DNA of 53,241 bases, the filler included, from Catajapyx aquilonaris (Eukaryota), in NCBI GenBank assembly GCA_000934665.2. It is 3 parts of 3 records of this genome, joined end to end, with 100 filler letters (N's around TTAATTAATTAA, not from the genome) between each part and the next. Parts side by side here need not be neighbours in the genome. Positions count along the whole stretch, not along the records: positions 1 to 17,659 come from JYFJ02006894.1; positions 17,760 to 35,490 come from JYFJ02006895.1; 1 more part is not named here. One strand, written 5' to 3'. The notes below the pieces were generated by a model. The model did not search any database and was not told where the DNA came from. It was given only the letters and a program-made list of their open reading frames with translations. Both the position numbers and the translations under genes were made by a program. Positions 13,501 through 25,739 of this stretch are shown one piece after another; the stretch's first letter is position 1, and each line of letters begins with the position of its first letter.

Positions 13501-16500
13501 CAAGCTCATTTGGATTGCTATGAGTCTAAAGCTGAATACCACAAGTTCCTTCTCATGTTTCTGGATGTTGGCATTTTGAAGAATGTTCTTAATAATGTGA
13601 GTAACTGGCAAGTGCCACTTCTCACTTGTTTCAGAGAGGAAATAGTGCAGAATAAGTTGGGTGCACTAAAAGTTGGTGCTGGTCTAAAGAGCATGACTCG
13701 AGCCTCAAGCATTTCACATCTTGGGATAACACGACCCAAGTCATCACCTGCATCAACTTCCATGAAATCAACATTAGAGCAACGCATAAAAACAGTGCCT
13801 GACAAAAGAGGCACACCATATTCCCTACGGAAGTCTCTCTGTAAGCTGACAGCAACTAAGTGGATGAGTAAGAGTGATCCCCATCTGCCCCAGGTGAAAG
13901 GGGCAATTGATAGGTGGACTCATATTAGCGTAAAGCACAACACTTTCACAGCCAGTATGGTGCGTCAATATGAAGGAGATTTTCGGTTCATTTACTGGTT
14001 GTATCAGTGGTATGAGAAGCAAAGTCCGCTTTTTAACAGTCAATGGAGTAAGCAAATCAAGATTGTCCTGTCGTATGAGGATCTCCTTTGGGCTGCATTC
14101 TTGATGAAGGATGACAGCAAGGATGTCAAATGGGTACCAGAAGAGGTTAAGTATCAGGAAACCAGAGTTGTCATTGATGAAGACAAGGAAAGTGTGACTG
14201 CAGTTGCTGAAGACAAGGAGAGTATGCCTGCAGTTCCTGAAGACAAGGAGAGTGTGATTGCAGTTGCTGAAGACAAGGAATGTGTGATTGCAGTTGCTGA
14301 GGGGAAGGAAATATTGTCTGTGACCACTGAGGATATGCCAGAACAAATAGCACCTAATGTGGAGCAGGCTACCAATGGAGTTAAGATGAAAAAGGGTGAC
14401 ATCAACAACAACAAAGGAGAAAGTGCAATATCCATCCTGAACACCACAAGTTATAGTGCCACAGAAGGGTCACAAAGTTCTGAGAGTTTTACATTAATCA
14501 CGTCTCGATCCAGTTCATCTGCTGAGGCATCTAATGTTGCAAATTCAGTAGTCCCAGTACCTACTCAAAGTGTAGTGGCAGAAAAGGAATTCACAGGTGT
14601 AGATGTACAGAAAAGTGTAGTGACAGAAGTGCGAGATGTAATCAGGAGAGAATTTCGTAATATCTTAGAAATGCAGCATATGAGCATTGTGTCTGCATTG
14701 GATGCTCTTGGTTCTACAACTGGAAAGCCTAAAATGAGTGCCTGTGAAAGTCGAGGTGCGCAGTACTCACCAATTCAGGATGTTTCAGTCCATGCAAAGG
14801 CCAATCAGATTTCCTACAAGCCAGTGCGAAAACGGATGAGCAAGATGAGTGCACCTCAGCTGATACAATTGGATTCCCCATCTACTTCAGTTTCAACAGA
14901 AGATGAAGATAAGGGTAACAGAAATGCTCCATTGCCACCACCAGACCATATGCAAGCTGTTGATATGCCTCCTATGGCAGCAGTTGAGAGTGAGGAGTGC
15001 ATGAAACTAATGAAGAATGATTCTTCATCACAGGAAAAATCTGAAGAGGAAAAACCTGAAAACCTTTCATCTGAAAACACTTTAGATAACATCAGCAGTA
15101 TCAGCCATGTGCCAGTGAGAAATAGAGCTAAGGGAAAGCCACAATTGAAGCCAAAACCACAACTTCTACACTTAGATTATCCAAAGGAGTACAAGGTCAC
15201 AAGTAAAGTGGAGTCAACCCAGAAGAAAGTTCTTTTGAAGCTGGATTGGAGCGTAGGTGAAACAACTGATATCTGGAGTAATCTCCAGGTATCGCCTATT
15301 CTTTCAAAACCAGATATGCAGAAATGTAGGTCAAATATGCCACCACCATTGCTGGTCCTGGAAAATTGTGACCCCCGACTAGTGCCTCCAAGACAAAAGG
15401 CAGCTAAAAACCAAAAATTATTAGAGTACTGGAAAGACTTGGAGACACATCATAAAAAACGGGTCAGCAAGATGAGTGCACCGAAGCTGATACATTTGGA
15501 TTCCTCTTCTGATTTAGTTTCAAGAGAAGATGAAGATAATGGTAACAGAAATGTTCCATTGCTACCAGCAGACCAAATGCAGCCTCCACCACCTCCACTT
15601 CCAACACAAAAACCAGCAGCACCAAAGACATTGACATCACCAGTGATTCTCTCTGGTGCATATGATCATTATTTAGAGAGGAAGGATCAATGGAGATCAG
15701 CCACACCAACATTTGCAGACATTCAATACAAAGCCTCCAGACTTGTGAGCACTCTTGTAAAGCCAGCGGTAGCTGATGCAATGACCAACACAGATGAGTC
15801 TGCCTTACTTATTCCAATTTCTGAACCACTTCTATTGCTTCCTGAAAATAAGGACAGTCAAGATGCTAAAATTTCGTGTGATGAGGATGTGCTTCCATCT
15901 GTTGATTCCCTAGTTGCTACAAAACCAGTACTAGCTGCGGAAAATGAAGGCGTGGTGTCAGATCCAACTCCTTTGGTTATTGAAAAGGAAGACTTTGTAG
16001 AGACTGCAGAGCAAGCCTGCATGGTGATGCCAGGTGATCTCTTTTTCGTGGATTCTAAAGCTCAGCAGACATGTCAGGTAAGTAATTATATGGCTTTCAC
16101 ATGATGGACATTTAATGTAGGCTAATGAGTTTTCTCACTTGTAATTTTTCAGACTATTGATGACATGAAAGAGGATAAGCTACAGACTGCTATGCAGGCA
16201 GGTGATAGACCTGGAAGTTACCCTGACTATGTGGATCAGGGCACTGAGATGATAGACGTACCCAAGGAAAGTGTCCCAGTGGAAACTCAAGCTACTCAGA
16301 CACATGAAGAACATACACCTCTACTTTTGGAGTTGCAACTTGGCATTACTGAGCCTAAACCTGTAACCAGAGAGTCCACAATACCTGAGGAATATTTCCC
16401 TTTACCTCCTGAATCACACCCAGTGCTTGTTGAGTCACCCCTCATGACAAGTGAGTCCATGTCATCTGAGGAATGTTTGCTTGTTATGGACTTGCAACCA

Positions 16501-17621
16501 ACACTTGCTGAGACTCAACCCCTGACAAGAGAATCCATTAAGGACCAAATCAAAGTGTTGGAAGGAGTAACGACAACAATGCAAAAGGATTTCAAGAATG
16601 CAAGAGAGGTACGTTCACAAATAGCCTTAACGGCAGGGTTTCGTATTTCGGCAAGTTGCGCCTTAAAAAACTGAAAAAATTATTGACGCCAAATATGTGT
16701 TCAGTTCTCTATTGTCTATCCCAAAGCATAAGGGGGTTCCACCCACTGCCTTTTCTAAATGCAGTCTACTCCATATCACCCACCATGGTAATTCACTTGT
16801 GAGTGTCATTGAGGCTTGGAAGGACAGTATTGCCACATGCCATTATTTTGACAGATAATAAATGTGGAAATAATTATGCTCAAGGCGTGACAGTTTTGCA
16901 TCTTCCCAAACTTCTTATTGCCCGCAGGTGGGTAACATGCAGATAAAGCAATGGAAGGGACTTGTCTTTTGCCACAGGATAGACAATAAGTAAATAGTGC
17001 ATCTCCACAAGAAATTCATTGGGAGACAGTAGCACCAGTGGCAGTGGCTATTTGGCAGCTGGAAGACAGAACAAGTGTATGAAATCCCATTTAATCAAGT
17101 GAATGTGCTTAATGCTGATTTTTGCATGAATATTTGTTTTGTCTTGACAGTTATTGGAATGTCTAGAAGATGCTGATGAGGTTAGCCAAGATTCACAGCA
17201 AGAATACAGTATGAAACCAGTTTACCATCCAAGACAAACCTTGGTAGGAGCACACAAAATTGCTGCAAAATCCAGGTCTCCATCAGTGTTTCAGAGGTTT
17301 CTCCCTGCAAAGAAGTTATCAGAAAATGAGCCAAAGCAGAAACCATCTGTAAAGCCAATAGTAAAGAAAGGTTCATCGCGAAGCAAAGTACACCCCTCAG
17401 TGGTATTCACAAAAAATGCTGGGCCAGATGGAAGTGGCGTCAGTCTAGCAGGGAAGGTGTTGGCTTGGGAGAAGCACACATTGAAAACTCCAGTAGAATC
17501 TACAGCATCTCCAGAGGAATCAGTCACTAGCACACCAAGCACATGGGACGTATCAGAGACCGTCCAGAACTTGCTGTATGAAAATCTCTCTGAAGATAAC
17601 ACACTGGTAGGTCATAACTAA
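7584..17621 (+). CDS. CPLANE1: CPLANE1 / JBTS17 / C5orf42-like ciliogenesis and planar-polarity effector, multi-exon, possibly 3'-incomplete at the gap
   Basis: Exons 7584-7664, 7742-7862, 7981-8402, 8462-8676, 9156-9479, 9545-~9686, ~9759-10002, ~10029-10299, 10439-11329, 11394-11607, ~11915-12395, 12452-12677, 13117-16077, 16153-16608 and 17151-17606. N-terminal motifs recall CPLANE1 in order: KRKEPWQACFW, NLQTGKIRK, GLLTCGDLVIW, IYLWE, GRWEIVLPD, LSHHGHILALAVNQ, FWITDLAWTHNDLY..RSGDL; later YLPAPPYYCPQP. The C-terminal half is low-complexity. Confidence 0.8.
12999..13098. mobile_element. Tc1/mariner (pogo/Tigger-like) MITE in a CPLANE1 intron
   Basis: TA followed by CAGTAAAACCTCGATATAACGCTC ... 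GAGCGTTATATCCAGGTTTTACTA; 100 bp long. Confidence 0.75.
14179..14310 (+). repeat. In-frame 30-bp tandem repeat (EDKESVxAVA, about 4.4 copies) in the CPLANE1 large exon
   Basis: GAAGACAAGGA(A/G)AGTGTGA(C/T)TGCAGTTGCT units are directly visible. Confidence 0.9.
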
Positions 17622-17659
17622 TCATGTTGTGTTCATAAATTATGTAATGCTGTTTCTGG

Positions 17660-17759
17660 NNNNNNNNNNNNNNNNNNNNNNNNNNNNNNNNNNNNNNNNN
17701 NNNTTAATTAATTAANNNNNNNNNNNNNNNNNNNNNNNNNNNNNNNNNNNNNNNNNNNN
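17660..17759. other. Artificial contig spacer N44-TTAATTAATTAA-N44
   Basis: Exactly 100 bp with a six-frame-stop linker; an identical copy lies at 35491-35590. Confidence 0.95.
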
Positions 17760-18570
17760 GTCCCTTAGTTGATGATTATGTCAAGTATCCATTTGGTGGT
17801 TATTATAAGGAAAAAACCCACAAAGCGTATGAAGAGCTAGGAATCCAAGCCCTTGAGCTAGGCGAAGCACAGAGTGGTGTGAAAGGGCCCATTCCTCTCC
17901 GCCACTTAAGTTTCCTTTTGGATGCCCCCCTGATTATATGCATTGTGTATTGCTAGGTGTAACCAAACTCATCGTTGAGTTGTGGTTTGACTCTGATCAT
18001 CATGCAACGAGTCACCATTTGACTAATATACAGCAGCAGGTCATCAGCAGCAGGCTCTGCCAAGTGCAGGTTCCAAAGGAATTTCAGAGACAACCCCGCT
18101 CATTGCAGGAGCGGGGTTACTGGAAAGCGACAGAATGGCTTCATTGGCTTTTGTATTACTCCTTACCTTGCCTTTTGGGTATTCTTCCAAAAAAGTATTT
18201 GATGCATTTTCTCCTCCTGTCACGCAGCATTTTCTTGTTGATGCAAGGCTGCGTTACATTGGACGATTTTAAGGAGGCTGAAAATTCATTGTTTAATTTT
18301 GTTAGGCAATTTGCAGAGTTGTATGGTGTGCGCAACATGCGCCATAATGTTCACATCCTACTTCACCTTGCCCGAAGTGTGGAATATTTTGGTCCACTGT
18401 GGAATTTTTCAGCTTTCACGTATGAAAGTAATAATGGTGTTTTACTTAAGCTTGTTAAAGGTACCAGGAGTGTTGCACCTCAGCTTGTATCCAAGTATCT
18501 TTCACACAAAGCACCCTTTTACTATGCTCTCCAGTGTGCTCCCCACCTCACAATCAAACGCATGTGCTAA
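17760..18570 (+). mobile_element. CACTA/EnSpm-like transposase C-terminal fragment
   Basis: DYMHCVLLGV, RQPRSL..RGYWKATEW..WLLYYSLP, LYG...MRHNVHILLHL..SV..FGPLW..SAF.YESNNG.L; frameshifted upstream of 17938. Confidence 0.8.
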
Positions 18571-19404
18571 GGGTTATCATACCACCCTCGAGTTATACCT
18601 TCGGCGTCAGCGCTTATCCCATGTATAGGACTGTGCCATGTTTCGGTTTCGGGTCATGCGGTGTCGCAAGATTTACACCTCAGGCATGTTGGAATGTCCG
18701 GAAATTTCCAGAACTATGACTCAGAATGACTAATGGTCTGGCTTTGGTCTGGCTCGGGTGAATAAGCATTATCGGCTGCCAGTCCTCCGGTTTCGGGTAG
18801 TCTCAAGATTTGACCTCCATTCCTGATCCTGGTGCGAATTCAAGTGGAAGTTCCCGTTTGCTGACCCGTTGCGGCCCGTTGCTGGCCGGCTGCTGCCCGT
18901 TGCTGGCCGGCTGCTGCCCGTTCGCTGTAGTGCGAGTGTGCAAGATGGTTATGTGGCAGAGGTAATATCTGGCTGCTTCAGTGGCATCTTACTCCTTCCA
19001 TGCCTCAAGAGCCATATTCAAGCTGCTGAACAAACTTGGCATCAAATCCCACTTTCCCATTTTAAAAATAATAGCGTACAAAATGTTTACATTAGATTGG
19101 CCCAAGGATTATGTTTCTGCTCGATTGGGGCTAGCTTGGAAGGATAGAATTTTTGGGTGGCCTGTGTATTTTGTGCATGGATGCAGTAAATTAAGAAAGG
19201 CCAAAGATATTGGATTCTCTCAATAATTGAGTTAATTTACTGTGCTACACTAGCATGTGGTACAGCAATGAATTAGTTGAAAACATTAAGCTAATGTCAC
19301 ATGTAATGGTAATTGTGTGTCATTGTTCATATATTCTGGTTGGCAGTGACTTTTGCCCTTTGCGGGAAAATTGCAACTATTATGTATTAATTAACATTTT
19401 CATG

Positions 19405-19761
19405 GTAGCGCTTGAAAAGAAGAATGATGTGATGAAGGCTCAATACTATTCCACAAACATATGGAATTCCGGGGAGGAGGTTCTGCAAGCCCTGAGAAGG
19501 TGCGACAGCCTCAGAGAGCATGCCCGACAGAAAAGGCCCTACAGCAAGCAGGACAGCCATTACTGGAGTGAAGATGGAATTGTTGAAGACAGGAGAAAGA
19601 GGAAGAAACGCAATGCTTTCTTTTCTGAAGGCGCACATGGCAACCAGTCACTCGAGCCAAGCAAGCCTGGGAAGAGAAGAAATAAGGAGCTGGAGAGAAT
19701 CAGAAGAGAGGAGAAGAAAGCCCGCGAAAGAGAAGTCAAGGAATGGGGAAGTATCGTTTAA
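19405..19761 (+). mobile_element. Possible DNA-transposase C-terminal remnant (superfamily uncertain)
   Basis: LEKKND..K..YYS.N.WN....L....R...L....R.KR.Y.K.D..YW followed by a basic NLS-like tail resembles the C-termini of invertebrate DDE transposases. Weak, from memory only. Confidence 0.3.
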
Positions 19762-22700
19762 TTTTGTAATCATGTTTGCTGTATTCTGCAATGTTATTAT
19801 TGCGTTCGTAACTTAAGTATTCATAAGTACGCTTGAGTTTTGCTAGCTGATTTGGTGCCACGCAGACAAGTTTTAATCCACACCAGGTGGCACAATGCAT
19901 AAAATTACAGTTTCGATGCTCCTGAGGACTTTAGGTATGAATTGCATAAAGGAGCGAGTGAGGAGAGGGTACCAGACTGTCGCAGCACTTGCAGCATTGT
20001 GACCAGGCAGATAAACACAGTTGCGGGCGGGGTCATTCCCCGTACAGCCCTACTTCCCTTTAAAATATGTCAGGTTCTTGAAACATAATGACTCTTGTAA
20101 ATGACTATTACTCTTCCACCCCTTGATCACAATCACGTATTGCGAGACTAGATCATGACAGTGATACTGATTCAACAAAAGCTCTGGATTAGATTGTCAA
20201 ATGTTATAGTAAGACCTGCAGTACATAAAATACTTTTACCAGGCAGTTTTTCACACCTTCATTAAATATTGAACTGCAGCAATAACATTTGGCCACAACT
20301 AATGATTTTGTCTCTTCCATGTCAACAAACTACTGTACATCTGGCCCACAAGATGGGAACTGAAGAATGGGAGGCAACGATGGAGCAGCAACCATCCTTT
20401 ACTGAGGCGCAGAGTTTAAGTTGTTGCCACGGTTTCTGCATGTCTCGGACTCAGTTTGCTACATATGAAGAGCTGTTTCAAAATGGCTGTCACCATAGCC
20501 ATTCAGAATTTTGACTGGTTAATTAAAGGAGTTAGTTTTTATTATATTTCCTGATTAATTATTATGCTAATCAGGTTATTGGTGAGTGTATGATATTTTG
20601 TGAATTTGTGTGATTGCATGGAGCAAGATGGACATCATTATTTTCTGTAAATAAAGTATGACTGTTCCAAATCCATGAGTGTATTTTGTGTAATTATCCA
20701 TCTACTACTTCATTTCAGAGTAGCTGTGAGCTGAATTGTGATTGTATTTTGCAAGATGTTAAGTAATAAATAGTGTCAGTTAGTTGGAAAATCTGCTGTT
20801 GCAATCTGTCCTTTTTTTACTAAATTACAGTTTGTGTTGTGGGCATCAAGCACCAAACCCCCTGAGATTGTTCTTCAGCAGGCTTCAGGCCAAACCAATC
20901 AGGTTAAACTTTGCAAAATAAAATATTGGGGAGTGCCTATGTCACTTTTGATAAATATGCAATGTGCAAAATCTCGGTAGTTTTATGAATATGTGGAAAA
21001 TTGCGGTCCATTATATAGTGTTGCATCAGTAGGGCCTATACTGATTATGAAGACATTCCTTTAAAATGCACTTTTCAACAACATTTGGATGTAACCCGAT
21101 TGGATTGGATTGATTTCGTGAGCGGTTATATTTACCGCGCCTTTCTCATTATTACACCCGCCCTCTTATTGTCCGTGTTTGGTGGTTTGGCCTCGGGGCA
21201 GTTCTGGCTGAGAATTTCTTAAATGGTTCCACTAATTTCATAAACAGTGTCACATTTTAGACTCCCAGCATGTCTCGGAGTTGATGGTGTCAGCCTTCAG
21301 GGGGCATGAGGGTAGGGCCCCCTTCTTCTTCTTTCCAGCCAAAATGCACTCCGATGATGACTGCCCTGGGGTGGATTATTGCAGACCTCCGTTGACCAGG
21401 CACTCGGGCACTTCCAAATGTGGCCAGAGGGTTGTGCTATCAATCACCACACTTTCTTTTTCTTTCTTCGTCTTCATCCAGGCCTTCCTCGCCATGTGAC
21501 CCTTCTTCTTTGGCTTCATCCTCTGGTAGCCAGCCTCTCTTGCATATGAATTTGTCTATTGGTCTGATATGCGAGTAAATAGATTCAAAGCTGGCCTGCT
21601 TCTTAGAATAAGAGCCACGGTTCTTCAGAAACATACGAGTAGGGTGCGTCACTACCCTTTTTGAGCCATCTTGAATTAAGCGGAGGTCAGTCGGGTCCGG
21701 TTTGCCCAAAAATCCGGACTTGTACAACGGCAGCTCAAATGCATTTACTGAGATAACGATAACTAGACTAATAAGAGTAATAATAACTGATTCACAGCCT
21801 CATTAATGCAGCCATTAATGCTCACTCATTCTGAGCTCATTACACTCATCTTGGGGAATTTTTTATATAACATGGGAGACATCTCCATTGTATTCCTTGG
21901 CAGACTCCACTCTCCAGAGGACCCTGGCTGCGTTCGGTATTGCAAACATTTAGATTTTAGAAGAAATGACACATTAAAAAAATAATAATGAACAAGCTAC
22001 AAAACTGGTGGTTTATGCTGGAACTTTCATGCTAGCACCAATATGGTGGCTTAGATGGAACGGCTAGCTATGCAAGCTAGCGATGGTGTTTCCCATTTGC
22101 TAGAAATGGATAGGTTAGGCATAACAAACATTCTGTAAAATGCCAAAAAGGGTGGTTTTTATGAGCGTGAACATAATTATTATAAATAAGCAATTAATGA
22201 CAATGACGCGATTAGAATCACAATTATTTAATGCCAGGAACCAAATCAAAGTACTTTTTACCATTCCCAAACATCCACATTCTTGCTTGTTGCTTGTTTT
22301 CACACACATTAAATATTTGAAACAGTATTCAATTTCGGGCATCTTGATGACGTCATTTCAGGCACTTCCCGACATCAAAAAATTTTCATGTGTGATGCAG
22401 TCACGATATGCACTTTCCAAAAAAAAAGGGGGTAATTTGCTTGTTATACCTGAAGTGGTCACTAAACCCGTAAGTATGTGTCTTTTCCTTCAGTGGCCAC
22501 TCGCCTAATGTTACAGTCTGCCGTACGTATTTCTGGCAATGGAATGATGAAGCCCAGTAACGAGCTAGCAGCTGTTCCTTATTTTCGTTGGTTATTTGCA
22601 GTTATTCGGCGACGCCTCTCTGACGATACATTATTTTTTTCTACAGACTGAAAGTGACCCTTTGGCGTAAGCTTACGCCACACAAAGCAACTTGAACCTA

Positions 22701-22858
22701 GGGCTAGATGAGCAGTACGAAGATGAGGCCGATGCTGGCGGTGGTGGACGGGGTGCAGGAAAAGGTGTGGTGCACGGCTGCACGCCAGCGATGATGCTTT
22801 GAATGAATTGACGTCAATGACTCCTGCTTTGTTCCTCCTGCTGTTTCAGGCAAAATAG

Positions 22859-22991
22859 AGGTTCCCGGACGAAATCATTCTAAAAATTTTATCCCACGTG
22901 TCCAAACGCGACCTACTGCAGCGGGCCGCCGCCCTTCAGGGATTGTGTCGGCGGTTCTTGTGGCTCACGCCTGGTAGCCGACATGGCGAAG
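22859..22991 (+). pseudogene. Isolated F-box motif exon
   Basis: RFPDEIILKILSHVSKRDLLQRAAALQGLCRRF fits the F-box consensus; pyrimidine tract and AG upstream, GTATGT donor at 22992, in-frame TAG at 22856-22858. Confidence 0.55.
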
Positions 22992-23386
22992 GTATGTACT
23001 TTAAATAATAGTTGAGTGGGGAAGACCCGGCCAATATGGCCTTGCACCCCTGCTGGAGCAAAGCTCCTCAAAAGTATACTGGAGTTGAGGACCAAGAATG
23101 CCATAACCCTAAAACCATGAACCTCCCAGGCTTAAAACTAAAATGACCAAGGAAAAGCCGTCTCGAGACAGAAACCCCAAAGGAAAATCCAATGTGGACT
23201 GTGTCCACATGAACAAGGAACCTAACCTAGAACTAAAACCTAATAAATGATCGCAAATGCGTCCATTCAGGCCTATTTATTCAGCTCCCTCAGCAGGACA
23301 TCTACAGCCAGTCATAAAGCGTTGAAGCTCTCAAAGAGGACGCCAAATACACGGCGTGGGGACGGGGGCCACCCTGCTCCACAGCA

Positions 23387-23950
23387 ATGCTTAAACTGCT
23401 TAAGCTTTCACGCAAGTACCTACCACAGCGCTTTGCAGACAGGGTGACCACTGAGCTCAGATTGGCCACTTGTAAACCTAAGGGTCGAAGGTGGAGTGAC
23501 AAGGACAAGGGTTTTTCATTAGACATGTTTTATCACAGTCCAGCAGCCTCTAGACAACTGTCCCAAACCTGTACTGTACCCAGTGAAAGAACTCTTCAGC
23601 GTTGGCTTTCCTGTATTCCAATGCAGTCAGGACTGTTACCTGTGGTCCTGACGGCATTGGAGAGGAAAATACCCACAATGGCAGAGAGAGACAAAGTGTG
23701 TGCACTTGTTGTTGATGAAATGCGTATGAAACCTGGTCTTTCATACAACCCAACCAAGGACTGCGTGGAGGGCTTTGCAAGTCCCTCAGCTATTCCTTCC
23801 CAGTGTAAGTCTGTAGCAAACCAGGCAACTGCGCTAATGGCTAAAGGCCTTTTTCAGAAATGGAACCAACCGCTGGGGTATTTTTTCAGTGCAGGCCATG
23901 ATGAGATCATGAGTGTAAAAGGACAACAAAAGAAAAGGATAGTGCAGTAG
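23387..23950 (+). mobile_element. P-element / THAP9-like transposase fragment
   Basis: KGRRWS..DK.F.L...YHSP....L......PS.RTL.RWL, CALVVDEM.MKPGL.YN...D.VEGF, ANQA...MAKGL..KW.QPLGYFF; truncated after the first catalytic Asp region. Confidence 0.88.
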
Positions 23951-24806
23951 CAGCAGAAGGAGGAGGAAGAAGGTGAAGAAAAGTGCCCAGTTGCAGGTTC
24001 CCAATCCTGGAGGTGATGGCAGTGACAGCATAGAAGAATCAGGCAGCAGCAAGGAACAATTTTACTTTGATCCTGTACAAATGTCTTGGAAGAAGGTGTG
24101 TGAAGTGTATCAAATACCCATCATATCTGTGAATTGAAGGGCTGAGAAACGAAAATTGTTAAGTAATGTTGATTGCAAAAAATAGATACTGGCTGTTATA
24201 AGCATCATTCATACACACCTATCAATGGGTGACTGTGGGCTTCAAATAGTGATAAGTCATTAAGACAGGGCCTCCCCGTTCAAGGGACCGCTACCATTTG
24301 AGAATCAGACATTGATAAGTCACTAGAGAAAACCCCGATTTCTCTGGACTTGGCTGTTCCATACTATCTGCCATAGCAATCGTCATGTTTGTAATCCAAA
24401 ATGGAGGAGGAACAAGAAACTGGTGCAATGGTGGGAGATTAATCGGATCTTTCTTGTGATAGTGGCTCAGAATACTTCCCTTCTGGGGCCGGGACTTCAT
24501 CCAGGGATGAGGAGGAATCTTCTGGCAATCATATCGTGAGACTGAGTGCACAGCCGGGGTCAGTGTTGCATCACATAATGTAGAAAGTGGGTCATCTACA
24601 TCATGCACAACCGACAGCAGATCTTTAGGTAGTTCACAATCATTCTTGCGAAGAGAGGCGTGATATACCGTGCGAGGTTCTGACCAACGCTATGGTAACT
24701 GCCAATCACGTTCCAAATAACTTTTTGCCAATTTCAAAAGAAAAGTTTGAAGATGTCCAGGTTTTACTGCCACGTGTACCCAACAGGGTGAGAGGGAATA
24801 ATAAAC

Positions 24807-24860
<54 letters not shown>
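24807..24860. repeat. (TAT)n microsatellite
   Basis: About 18 perfect TAT units. Confidence 0.95.
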
Positions 24861-24861
<1 letters not shown>

Positions 24862-25281
24862 CTGCCACATGTCTCCTTGCCAGATGGAACTTCATTTTGT
24901 GTTGGGACACTCTCCATTATGATCACAAGACTAGTGATGGACCAGGGGATTTGGAGGAAGTGTAAAGACAGACAAGTTGGTGAGCATAAAGCAATCAGTC
25001 CTCATTGCTGGGAGCATTGTTTGCACACGTAAGTTATACCGATCTGTAATATTTGGATTAGCCTATAAGCTATTATGAATCCTATTATAATAGCTGTGGC
25101 CTATGTAACTACTCTTGTTTCAATTGACTCACTTTGTTTCCTCTATGAAGTATTCCTGGAGTAGGCAATATTATAGCAACCAGCCGAGTGAGTCAACCAA
25201 TACCAATAGTCGATCCAGTCAGTAGAGTTGCCAGAAATATCCGTACTTTTCCTCCGGGGTAAACACAGGGAGCGGTATAGG

Positions 25282-25710
25282 GCAGGTGTGCACAACTTAC
25301 GGCCGCGGAGAAAAAGTCTGAATGATGTTTCAGGGAGATTCTGCCAGCGTTGCACAACTTGAAAGTTGGATTAGGCATTTGGAAACTCTGGAGGCAGAGT
25401 TTGAGAGTAGATTTTCAGATTTTAAAAGAGAATAAAAAAACCTTGGACGTCTTTACTAACCCTGTTTCTGTTGAACCGGAAGACTATGATCCCCGCTTCC
25501 GACTGGAATTGATTGAACTGCAATGTGCAACAGTGTTGAAGCACAAGTTCAAGGAGTCGACGGAGTTCTACCAGTCACTTGACAGAGATCAGTAGAAGAA
25601 TATGGTTCTTCATGCAATGAAATTAGTATCCCTTTTTGGGAGCACTTGTGTGTGTGAGCATACATTTTACGTTATGAAGATTAACAAAAGCCGGCTACGA
25701 TCATCACTTG
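25282..25710 (+). mobile_element. hAT (Charlie/GTF2IRD2-like) transposase C-terminal remnant
   Basis: EFESRFSDF, DVFTNP, LELIELQC, EFYQSL, KLVSLFGSTCVCEHTFYVMKINKSRLRSSL (hAT dimerisation region), with stops and frameshifts; hAT-like end CAGGTGTGCACAACTTACGGCC near 25283. Confidence 0.8.
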
Positions 25711-25739
25711 ATCTTGAACTACACGCCGAACTTCGCGGA

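Noticed and set aside
13069..16104. 1011-aa ORF as a stand-alone novel gene
   Set aside because: Its ATG lies in a MITE; the real unit is an internal CPLANE1 exon (acceptor before 13117, donor after 16077) in phase with its neighbours.
17704..17715. TTAATTAATTAA as a biological motif or TTAA transposon target
   Set aside because: Centred in symmetrical N44 runs twice; synthetic linker.
18981..19226. Penelope-like linker peptide (IFKLLNKLGIKSHFP)
   Set aside because: Too short; no RT or GIY-YIG motif nearby.
23100..23245. AACCT repeats as telomeric (TTAGG)n sequence
   Set aside because: Only two or three degenerate units; common in transposon subterminal regions.
24690..24926. Poly-Leu / poly-Ile ORFs as membrane proteins
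   Set aside because: They are translations of the (TAT)n microsatellite.
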